Assembly: GCA_000996895.1 (NCBI GenBank)
Contig: LCBB01000002.1
Span: 27,596 to 91,595 of the forward strand
Direction of reading: 5' to 3'
Length of the DNA: 64,000 bases
From: a candidate division WWE3 bacterium GW2011_GWC2_41_23
Lineage (GTDB): Bacteria > Patescibacteriota > WWE3 > UBA101185 > UBA10185
Positions 1-7,411 of this stretch are shown one piece after another. A program made the position numbers and the translations under genes. Positions within the stretch are counted from its first letter, which is position 1. Each line of letters opens with the position of its first letter. The notes under the pieces are model-generated. The model was not told the origin of the DNA, searched no databases, and was given only the letters and a program-made list of their open reading frames with translations.

Positions 1-1
1 G

Positions 2-289
2 GTTGATATTAAAAATGCTAAAAATAATTTTATTTTAGTGTTTAACCAGTCTTTTGATTCTAACTGGAAAGTATATTTTGAAGGAAAGGAAATTGGCACA
101 AATCACAACCTGGTTAACTTTTATGCCAATTTTTGGGATATCAATATTAAAGACGCAAACGGTATTCAAGACTTCCAGTTGGTTATAGAATATTACCCTC
201 AAAAGTTTGTTTATATAGGGTCTGTAATGACCACTATTTTTATTTTATTTTCAGGTGTGTTATATTTTTTACGCTTGCAAAAGAAGTAG
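2..289 (+). CDS. C-terminal fragment of a membrane protein; the gene starts upstream of the window
   Basis: Reading frame is open from nt 2 to the stop at 289. The GTG at 38 is only the first in-window start. Hydrophobic C-terminal helix IGSVMTTIFILFSGVLYFL. Confidence 0.5.
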   Translation, partial: VDIKNAKNNFILVFNQSFDSNWKVYFEGKEIGTNHNLVNFYANFWDINIKDANGIQDFQLVIEYYPQKFVYIGSVMTTIFILFSGVLYFLRLQKK

Positions 290-328
290 TGTTGTACCTT
301 ATGTCTTAGGCATATATAATCACTGCCA

Positions 329-982
329 ATGAAACATTTGTTCAAAAATTCACTTTCTATATACGAGTATTTTGTTGACTATCTTTTAAGAAAATATCTG
401 AGAAAAACAACCGAAGTGTTCGATTGCGGCTGTGGAAACGGAGACCACACCTCAATCGCTAAAAGATACTCGAACAAAGTAACTGGTGGGGATTTTGTAA
501 ACTTTTTAAATCCAAAATATGATATCGAATTTCGGAAAATAAGCGAGGGTTACTACGGAAACAAAAACGAATTTGACGTTGTAATCTCGTTTGATGTTAT
601 AGAGCATGTAAAAGATCCGCATTTATATCTCAAAATGCTGGCGGATATTGTAAAATCTGGCGGCGTAATAATAATAGGAACGCCCAACAGGCTCAGACTA
701 TCTAACAAAATTATAGAATTGATCCATGGTAAAATAACATTTCCAAGAAATTTAGGGTATCACCTTGAAAGTGGGGGCGAAATTATTCATATCCAAGAGT
801 TTACAATGCCCGAACTCATCGACTTGGGGAAGGGTGTACCGGGGTTAAAAGTCGTGGAGAAATTAAGCGGCTTCCTAGGATTGTATACTCCGTTAGGTGC
901 TTTAGGAATCAAATCAACGGGCCAGCACAGCCTGATAAAATTTGCGCAACACTTATTCATTGTTTATAACGTAACAAAATGA
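329..982 (+). CDS. class I SAM-dependent methyltransferase
   Basis: Motif I VFDCGCGNGDHT. Post-motif II region FDVVISFDVIEHV typical of the Methyltransf_11/23 fold. Confidence 0.8.
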   Translation: MKHLFKNSLSIYEYFVDYLLRKYLRKTTEVFDCGCGNGDHTSIAKRYSNKVTGGDFVNFLNPKYDIEFRKISEGYYGNKNEFDVVISFDVIEHVKDPHLYLKMLADIVKSGGVIIIGTPNRLRLSNKIIELIHGKITFPRNLGYHLESGGEIIHIQEFTMPELIDLGKGVPGLKVVEKLSGFLGLYTPLGALGIKSTGQHSLIKFAQHLFIVYNVTK

Positions 983-1198
983 TGCTTCGATTCATAGAGA
1001 AATTTTCAACAATCTGGTTCGCTTATTCTAAGCGTCAGGTGCAAAGAGTACTTGGTAGGCGCTCTTATCGGAATCCAACAACAGTGCTCTACGAAATATT
1101 TTTCGCAATAAACTAATACTGCCCACTTTCCTATAAAAGAAGTTACCTGAAACAGTTACAAAAAACATAACCAAGAATCACCCAATCCAGTTAAACAC

Positions 1199-1870
1199 TT
1201 AGAGTTTTCTAAAGTTGAAAAACACCTCTGTTATGAATACCCTAGACTCGATGTTTAGCTTCAAGGGGAGGGCGCATCCAAACCGCCACAATACCGGAGT
1301 AAAAGACATGGTACAAACTCCATCTAATTTAAATCCGAGGCTGTTGAAAATATTCGTATAATAATGAGGCAATTGCATATTAGTGTGGAATCTATCGTAC
1401 AAATGCTTAGTAGAAGGGAAAGGCACGGAAAACAGAACCCTACCACCAGAATTTAATAATTCATAAATATTTACGGCTGCCTTACCCATGTTATCAATAT
1501 GTTCGAATACGTCAAATGCTATGACTACATCGAATTTTTCCTCTAGTGGCAAGGGTTTTAAAATATCTAGTTTGTAATATCTGTTTTGTAACCCACACCC
1601 ACGGTAAATACTTGAATTAATATCTGATGCAACCACATTATTAAATCCTTTGTCATTAAGTAATTTAATAAAACCTCCGTGCCCACTACCGATTTCTATT
1701 ATTGACCGAGTCTTATCTTTCTCAAAGTCCGAACAAACTCCCTTAACTGAGATGTAATAGTTAAGAAACCACTTAGAGCTGACTTTTAACGACACGTTTC
1801 TATTGTAAACTTCGTCATAATACTTGCCACTCGAATAACTACTTGAAACGGGTTGTGTCACTGCCCCCAC
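1199..1870 (-). CDS. class I SAM-dependent methyltransferase
   Basis: IIEIGSGHGGF motif I, then FDVVIAFDVFEHI. Confidence 0.8.
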   Translation of the reverse strand: MGAVTQPVSSSYSSGKYYDEVYNRNVSLKVSSKWFLNYYISVKGVCSDFEKDKTRSIIEIGSGHGGFIKLLNDKGFNNVVASDINSSIYRGCGLQNRYYKLDILKPLPLEEKFDVVIAFDVFEHIDNMGKAAVNIYELLNSGGRVLFSVPFPSTKHLYDRFHTNMQLPHYYTNIFNSLGFKLDGVCTMSFTPVLWRFGCALPLKLNIESRVFITEVFFNFRKL

Positions 1871-2919
1871 CCCTCCCTACTCAACTCCGCACTTTTAAAG
1901 TAGCGGCCCACACGCCCTGTCCCATAAACCCACAAAGTGATCCAACAAGCGGCGGGATGAAAAAACCAGGCAGTATCAAATTTTTTAAATAATCCTGCAA
2001 TCATTTGCACAAGTAAAGGTACCACCAATACGCAAGACAAAACAAACTTTACCATTCCCCACGGATTTTTCCCGCTCAAGTCCATATCTCCCCAACTAAA
2101 TTCGCGGTCTTTCTTCTCATTTAAATGAAAAAGGTAGTCTTTCACACGCCTCTTTTGTTTCCTTGCAAACTTTCCGATATCACTTCCGCAGAAATTATGA
2201 ATTATTCCGTTTTTTACTTTAATAAATTTAACCGAGCCCTTGTCCTTTATTTCCTTCGCCAAGATATCAATATCGAACAAATAGTCGCCTGTTACCCTGC
2301 TTTTTAAAAACTCAGTTCGGAAAACAGTTCCGTTTGCCCCAATTGTAGGTACTCCCCGTCGGTCCAAGCCCAAAAGCAAGTAGCCGCCCATGTCTTCTTC
2401 TTCGTGCTCCACTTCCGTCCACTTGCCGGTTAGTAAATTCACCCTATCGTAGTTGCCTAAAAACATTACAAACGGATCGTTCATACCGATTAACGCACAA
2501 TATCTGTCTATAAATCCGTTTTCTTTTCTCCAAATATATTTCCACGGCTCGCTTCCTACCGCTTCAACGTGTTTCAACAAAGGCTCAATCATCTGACCCA
2601 ACCATCCGCTGTCCGGCAAAATATTATCTGAGTCTATTAACACCGCGAAATCCCCCGTGCAGGCCTTCAATGCTGCCGCTTTACCTGCCTCTCCGGTCTT
2701 TAATTTGTTTTGTACAACAACCGCCCCATATTCCTTAGCTAATTCAACCGTTCCGTCAGCAGAACCGCCGTCAGCTACTACTATTTCGATTTTTTCTTTG
2801 GGGTAGTTCTGATTATTTATTGATTCCAAGCAATTCTTTAACACCGAAACGGCATTAAGTGTGGGTATCAGTATGGATATTGTAGGGGTTTCGGACAAAT
2901 CTTCTGGCTGATTTTCCAT
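1858..2919 (-). CDS. glycosyltransferase family 2
   Basis: N-terminal ISILIPTLNAVSVLKNCLESINNQNYPKEKIEIVVADGGSADGT (GT-A fold) and a DSDN DxD-type motif. Overlaps the upstream MTase by 13 nt, so they are co-transcribed. Confidence 0.8.
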   Translation of the reverse strand: MENQPEDLSETPTISILIPTLNAVSVLKNCLESINNQNYPKEKIEIVVADGGSADGTVELAKEYGAVVVQNKLKTGEAGKAAALKACTGDFAVLIDSDNILPDSGWLGQMIEPLLKHVEAVGSEPWKYIWRKENGFIDRYCALIGMNDPFVMFLGNYDRVNLLTGKWTEVEHEEEDMGGYLLLGLDRRGVPTIGANGTVFRTEFLKSRVTGDYLFDIDILAKEIKDKGSVKFIKVKNGIIHNFCGSDIGKFARKQKRRVKDYLFHLNEKKDREFSWGDMDLSGKNPWGMVKFVLSCVLVVPLLVQMIAGLFKKFDTAWFFHPAACWITLWVYGTGRVGRYFKSAELSREGWGQ

Positions 2920-2962
2920 TTGTATATTGTACTACAACAGCGTTCTCCCGAGCTCCCGAAAA

Positions 2963-3610
2963 CTAAGCGGATTTTTGGGCTTTGGCTACTACTGTCTGAC
3001 TTAAAAATGACAAAAATTTAGGCGGCCTAACAACCCTATACTTAACCGTAACCGGATGGTACAAACCCAGCCAGAAATTCTCTATATCAACCCTGCCAAA
3101 CTTAGATTTACTATATAAATTTTCTAAGGATCCCTTTGTATATTCTCTTAAGTGAACGCAATCTCCAAGCACATCGGTTGTACCCAAAAACATGGGAAAA
3201 ACCGGAAACTTACCGGTAGCAATTGTCCTGACCCAGCGTCCTACTCTGAACAAATTCGGTGTGAATACATAAGCAACTCCTCCGGGTTTTAACACTCTGT
3301 ACATCTCGTTAATAAAATTCAGGTCATTTTCTACGTGCTCTAAAACGTCAAAATTTGTAATTATATCGAAGGAATTATCAGTAAAACTTAATTTATCCTT
3401 TTCAATGATATTAAACGGAAATTTACTTTTGTTCTCAGGTTTTCTTGCATCTGCAATGTCGCAGCCTATTACGTCGGCTCCACGTTTGCAAAGTTCGTAA
3501 GTTGTGTCACCGCCTCCGCAGCCAATATCCAAAACTTTCTTGTCTTTGAAATCTATCTTGTCCAAAAATTTGAGGAAATCCAAGAAATAATAATCGGTCT
3601 TCATTTCCAT
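2963..3610 (-). CDS. class I SAM-dependent methyltransferase
   Basis: VLDIGCGGGDTT motif I and FDIITNFDVLEHV. Confidence 0.8.
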   Translation of the reverse strand: MEMKTDYYFLDFLKFLDKIDFKDKKVLDIGCGGGDTTYELCKRGADVIGCDIADARKPENKSKFPFNIIEKDKLSFTDNSFDIITNFDVLEHVENDLNFINEMYRVLKPGGVAYVFTPNLFRVGRWVRTIATGKFPVFPMFLGTTDVLGDCVHLREYTKGSLENLYSKSKFGRVDIENFWLGLYHPVTVKYRVVRPPKFLSFLSQTVVAKAQKSA

Positions 3611-3648
3611 TTTTCTATTGTACTACAACCTAAACAAGCTAAGCCCGA

Positions 3649-3677
3649 TTTACTATCATAACCGATTTTGATATACT
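3649..3677 (+). promoter_or_regulatory. sigma70-like promoter P1 (TTTACT-N17-TATACT) for the small-ORF pair
   Basis: -35 TTTACT at 3649-3654, 17-nt spacer, -10 TATACT at 3672-3677. About 30 nt upstream of the SD and ATG at 3712. Confidence 0.45.
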
Positions 3678-3711
3678 ACAGGCATAAAAATCGGAGTGAA
3701 AGGGAGGGCGA

Positions 3712-3951
3712 ATGTACGATTTTTTCTTTTTCACGGTAGAGGGGTTTTCTACTGCACTGGAAAGGCTACGCAGGAGCGACAAAAGCTGGTACCACTGCTC
3801 CGAAAAGCTCCTCATCAGTTTTTATGAGGGATGCGACGCTGATTTCCTGGTGGGAGAACTTGCACTACTGGGAGTAGGCAGCGGAGCATACAAACTAGAA
3901 CGACCGGACAGGAAGAAGGGAGGAACCGAACAAAGCTCGCGCACGTGTTGA
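3712..3951 (+). CDS. hypothetical small protein (79 aa), islet orf1
   Basis: Near-consensus SD AGGGAGGG three nt before the ATG. Begins MYDFFFF. GC-richer than the flanks. No recognisable family. Confidence 0.5.
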   Translation: MYDFFFFTVEGFSTALERLRRSDKSWYHCSEKLLISFYEGCDADFLVGELALLGVGSGAYKLERPDRKKGGTEQSSRTC

Positions 3952-4004
3952 ACAACACATCTCTTTATCAGATAGCTAAACGGCACAGAAAGGCAAGGGA
4001 GGAT

Positions 4005-4226
4005 ATGTACATATTTTTTTGTTCGCCTGATGATTTGAGCAGAGCAATGCGGATTGGCGAAAAAATGCACGTGTTTGAAAGTCAGCATTATACTGTAGAC
4101 GCGGAAAAAAACCGGATAACCTTTGACAGCGCGTATCCGGAAAAAGTCCATATGTTTATAGCGGCTATCAAGCACGCTAATTCCTGCCCTGACAAACAAC
4201 CCATCTGCTTTAATATCGCACGCTAG
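4005..4226 (+). CDS. hypothetical small protein (73 aa), islet orf2
   Basis: Start moved to the internal ATG at 4005 because AGGGAGG lies 3-4 nt upstream. Begins MYIFFC, the same MY + Phe-rich start as orf1. Cys-containing C-terminus. The tool ORF 3945..4226 starts at a GTG with no SD. Confidence 0.5.
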   Translation: MYIFFCSPDDLSRAMRIGEKMHVFESQHYTVDAEKNRITFDSAYPEKVHMFIAAIKHANSCPDKQPICFNIAR

Positions 4227-4250
4227 GTTATTTTTAACCGACAGAACATA

Positions 4251-4289
4251 AGCCCGTTGTTTTTACCAAAACACAACGGGCTTTTTTTA
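4251..4289 (+). terminator. intrinsic terminator after orf2
   Basis: AGCCCGTTGT (4251-4260) pairs with ACAACGGGCT (4273-4282), followed by TTTTTTT. Confidence 0.75.
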
Positions 4290-4325
4290 TTAAACCGTGT
4301 CCTCTTTTTGGCATATACGGCTGAT

Positions 4326-4354
4326 TTGAAAACACAGCCTTATGCTGTTAGAAT
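4326..4354 (+). promoter_or_regulatory. sigma70-like promoter P2 (TTGAAA-N17-TAGAAT)
   Basis: -35 TTGAAA at 4326-4331, 17-nt spacer, -10 TAGAAT at 4349-4354. Predicted start near 4361, giving a leader of about 185 nt before orfA. Confidence 0.6.
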
Positions 4355-4545
4355 CCCATACACAAAGATAAATCCGTAAAAAAGGAGAGAAAATTATGGG
4401 CAGACACGTGAGGCGGGGTTGAGGTAAACCTGTCTTCATAAGTTGGAAAAAAGACGGTAATCAGACTGCATCTCAGAAACCAAATACAAAGGAATACTTT
4501 CCGGCGAATCCGAGGCGAGCTAACCAAACCTAAAAAGGGACTGAC

Positions 4546-4773
4546 GTGATAATTTTTATGTCTTACGATAACGCGTTGGCAGCAAGCAAACAAGTGGTCG
4601 GGCTACTCAGAACCGAGGGGTACAAAATTGAGTATCTTAAAGTTGAAATTGTCAAAAACAAAAACGGATTTTTCATTGAAGCTTCATCTGAGATGGATCC
4701 GTTGATGGCGGGCCGGTTCAGGCACCTTCTTAAGGAATACACGAAAACGTACCGAAAATACATCTCAATCTGA
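4546..4773 (+). CDS. hypothetical small protein (75 aa), islet orfA
   Basis: GTG start 6 nt after AAAAAGGGA. Alternative ATG at 4558. No family recognised. Confidence 0.5.
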   Translation: MIIFMSYDNALAASKQVVGLLRTEGYKIEYLKVEIVKNKNGFFIEASSEMDPLMAGRFRHLLKEYTKTYRKYISI

Positions 4774-4782
4774 GGAGGGGAA

Positions 4783-5076
4783 ATGTTATACAGGCTCGGT
4801 AACCTGGGAAAAGGTACGGTAGCATACGCTTCACCGAAGGCTCTTGTGTGCCATACAGGAAGGTTGTACATAAACTTTAACGTAAAGGTGACGCTGGGCT
4901 ACGACTCTGTGGGAGACAGAACTATGCGTGTTACTATGCTCGGAAAAGGAGTGCTCGTAACTCTGTGCACCATACCGAAAGGTTTCAACATACCTGTTTT
5001 GGACAGGTGGGTAATCTTGGGCACGAACTTTAGACCTGTCAAACTTGAGAAAATCGTGCGAACTAACTGCAACTAG
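4783..5076 (+). CDS. hypothetical small protein (97 aa), islet orfB; paralog of orfC
   Basis: SD GAGGAGGGG before the ATG. Shares RLYINFN / KLYINLN and GVLVTLCTIP / GVLVNMSTLP with orfC. Confidence 0.6.
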   Translation: MLYRLGNLGKGTVAYASPKALVCHTGRLYINFNVKVTLGYDSVGDRTMRVTMLGKGVLVTLCTIPKGFNIPVLDRWVILGTNFRPVKLEKIVRTNCN

Positions 5077-5088
5077 AAAGGAAGAGAA

Positions 5089-5388
5089 ATGATAAAGCTC
5101 AGGGAATTACCAGTTAACGCAAGGGTATTTGTTTCGCCGGGCGCGTTTATCAAATTTGAGGAGAAGTTGTACATAAATCTTAACTCTCAGATAAACGCGG
5201 TTTGTGATCCTTCGCGATACTTTACCGTAGAGGTCACAAGGCAGGAACAGGGGGTTTTGGTAAATATGAGCACCTTACCCGAACCACTCCTCGCACTGGA
5301 AATTGTCGACAAAATCTTTAAGAGAATAATCGACGACCATTTCCATCCAATTACCTTGGAAGGGTATAGGTTATTCGATACGTGCTAG
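5089..5388 (+). CDS. hypothetical small protein (99 aa), islet orfC; paralog of orfB
   Basis: SD AAGGAAGAG before the ATG. Tandem to orfB with a 12-nt spacer. Confidence 0.6.
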   Translation: MIKLRELPVNARVFVSPGAFIKFEEKLYINLNSQINAVCDPSRYFTVEVTRQEQGVLVNMSTLPEPLLALEIVDKIFKRIIDDHFHPITLEGYRLFDTC

Positions 5389-5403
5389 CGCTCAAAGCCA
5401 CGG

Positions 5404-5445
5404 TGTTTACTAAAATAAACTCGTGGCTTTTTTGTAATCAAATGC
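5404..5445 (+). terminator. intrinsic terminator after orfC
   Basis: AAAGCCACG (5404-5412) pairs with CGTGGCTTT (5432-5440), followed by TTTTG. Loop is 19 nt. Confidence 0.65.
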
Positions 5446-5466
5446 GTACACATTTTTTGGAAGAGT

Positions 5467-7077
5467 TTATTCTTTCTTAGCTGCTGCACCCGCAAACATA
5501 CTTTTTAATGCACTTCCCCAAAACTTAGGAGACAACCAATTTACCTTTGTCTGCTCCTTATCAAAGTCCAATAGATGGCCTAATAGTTTCCAGGCTGAGT
5601 AACCTAAAAATTTGACGTCACTCCAATTTCTTACCGAAAGTACTTTTCTTAAAATGTACTGAGGTGTGAAAAATGAAGAATAAAGTGATTGGGTTAATTC
5701 GTACAAACGTTCGTTTGAAAACGGTATTTTCATAACAGGCGCTCTCATATCAAACTTTTCATAGTCCTTTGCCCCGACCTGCAACCAATCTTTCTCCACA
5801 CACTCCTTATATAAAGGAGTCCCGGGATACGGTATTACGATTGTAGCCTGCATGGTGTCAACGTAGCCCCTTTTAAAGAGATCTTTGGCCAAGTCTATGG
5901 TCTTTTGAGCCATTTCCTCGGTTTCCCAGGGGTAGCCTAACATAACGGTTACGTGGGGCTCCAAACCTGCCTTTTTAGCTATTCTGGCGCCTTCTGCAAT
6001 CTCTTCTACCTGCAGTCCTTTATCCAACTTGTCCAAAGTAAACTGATTCGCCGATTCCATTCCATACAAAATAAATCTGAAATTGGCTTTGCCCATGAGT
6101 TCGTAATACTCGGAAGTTAAAGCGTTTAATCTCATGTTGCAGCCAAACACAACTTTCTTGCTGTAACCGGACTCTATCAGAAGTTCGCAGAACTTTTTCA
6201 ACGGCGGGCCGATAAATAAAGTTCCCGCATCATCAAAAATTTCTTTGACGCCGTAGTTGTCGACAACATGTTTAACTTCGGCAAAAAGCCTTTCGGGGGA
6301 AAATCTTCTATAGAAACCTTGTGGATTTAAAGTGTGATCCCAAACACAAAAAGTGCATCTATTCCACCAACAATCTCTTCCTGAATACATGTAAGTTGCA
6401 GGCGTATATTTATAATTTCCGTTCGCGTATGCGTAAAGTTTCCATTTTGTTAAGTCCCGGTCTACAAACGGAAGGTCATCTAAATTATGTTGCAGTTCTA
6501 AAGGTCCGCTCTGCCAGTATTCTTCTTCACCGGAAATTTCTGATTTATGCATTTTCAACCACTTGGGATCTACGGATACTTTTGTATCCCCTTTTCTACC
6601 GTAAACTCCCCCGGGTAAGTAGCTGTGGCTACTTATGGCTTCAACGGTATCGCTCAAAAGAAAATCGTAATCGCCTCCCGTTATTATGTAATCAACTTTG
6701 CAGGCGTCTAATGTTTCTACGGGGTTCCAGGTAACGTGGTCACCGACCAAAATAACTACCATATTGGGGAACTTCTCTTTGATATCATCTATTATTTTCC
6801 AGTGAAATTTCAAGACAGGAGCTTTGGTCTCCATCATAAGATAATCGGGCTGTTCTCTTTCAAGATCTGCAAGCCATTCCGTGTAGGTTTTCTTCTCCGC
6901 GATGCCGTCCATCCACACCACATCATATCCTCGTTCTTTAGCTAGTGACGCAGCATAAGCCGGAACCATGGGATAAATGTATGTGGGAGCATTAAAGTAC
7001 TGGAACTGTCTGTTCTGGGATAATAATGGCACTCCCTTGTACTGATCTATTGGAGGATACCCTATTGCAATTTTCAT
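5467..7077 (-). CDS. B12-binding-domain radical SAM protein (class B rSAM-like)
   Basis: N-terminal Rossmann-like region (IAIGYPP...VVWMDG) followed by a cysteine triad DCWWNRCTFC, which is Cx4Cx2C rather than the canonical Cx3Cx2C. TIM-barrel-length C-terminal part. Confidence 0.65.
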   Translation of the reverse strand: MKIAIGYPPIDQYKGVPLLSQNRQFQYFNAPTYIYPMVPAYAASLAKERGYDVVWMDGIAEKKTYTEWLADLEREQPDYLMMETKAPVLKFHWKIIDDIKEKFPNMVVILVGDHVTWNPVETLDACKVDYIITGGDYDFLLSDTVEAISSHSYLPGGVYGRKGDTKVSVDPKWLKMHKSEISGEEEYWQSGPLELQHNLDDLPFVDRDLTKWKLYAYANGNYKYTPATYMYSGRDCWWNRCTFCVWDHTLNPQGFYRRFSPERLFAEVKHVVDNYGVKEIFDDAGTLFIGPPLKKFCELLIESGYSKKVVFGCNMRLNALTSEYYELMGKANFRFILYGMESANQFTLDKLDKGLQVEEIAEGARIAKKAGLEPHVTVMLGYPWETEEMAQKTIDLAKDLFKRGYVDTMQATIVIPYPGTPLYKECVEKDWLQVGAKDYEKFDMRAPVMKIPFSNERLYELTQSLYSSFFTPQYILRKVLSVRNWSDVKFLGYSAWKLLGHLLDFDKEQTKVNWLSPKFWGSALKSMFAGAAAKKE

Positions 7078-7151
7078 CTTGAAAACCCTTTTTTCATTTG
7101 TTTAGTATATATAAAGCAATCGGGAAGTTCAACTAAGATATCGACAACTAT

Positions 7152-7409
7152 CTATTTGTTTTCCGGATATAAAACGTTACCTTCGAGGTCCTCAACAATA
7201 ATGGCTGTAGTGGGACATGACTTAGCACCCTTAATAATTTTTTCTGCCTCGTCCCAAGTTCCTTCTTTCGCGTACACAATACCGTTTGCATCCAAATCAA
7301 AAGTTTCCGGCGCGTGTATTATGCAAGTCGCCGCACTAATACATTTCTCGTTTATAACTTTAATTATTACTTTCGAATTCGGATTTTTATATGTAACAGT
7401 TTCTTCCAT
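7152..7409 (-). CDS. small ferredoxin (single Fe-S cluster type)
   Basis: 85 aa. KCISAATC ... AKSCPTTAI cysteine pattern, as in mono-cluster 3Fe/4Fe-4S ferredoxins. Directly upstream of the rSAM gene. Confidence 0.7.
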   Translation of the reverse strand: MEETVTYKNPNSKVIIKVINEKCISAATCIIHAPETFDLDANGIVYAKEGTWDEAEKIIKGAKSCPTTAIIVEDLEGNVLYPENK

Positions 7410-7411
7410 TT

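Noticed and set aside
38-289. GTG start at 38 for the first ORF
   Set aside because: The frame is open back to nt 2. The gene almost certainly begins upstream of the window.
3822-4199. 125-aa minus-strand ORF antisense to islet orf1/orf2
   Set aside because: No SD. It spans both plus-strand ORFs, which each have a near-perfect SD, and its promoter would lie inside the terminator hairpin. Judged a shadow ORF of a GC-richer segment.
3690-4290. Possible structured ncRNA (RNase P-like GGAAAAAGTCC and CGGCTATCAAG strings, several hairpins)
   Set aside because: The two RNase-P-like strings are only about 30 nt apart, whereas in real RNase P RNA they are about 250 nt apart. No tmRNA or tRNA-like ends. 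Two ORFs with perfect SD spacing explain the region better.
4348-4871. Minus-strand ORFs 4348..4593 and 4563..4871
   Set aside because: Both are antisense to the promoter, leader and orfA/orfB of the plus-strand operon. No SD. Low-complexity translation.
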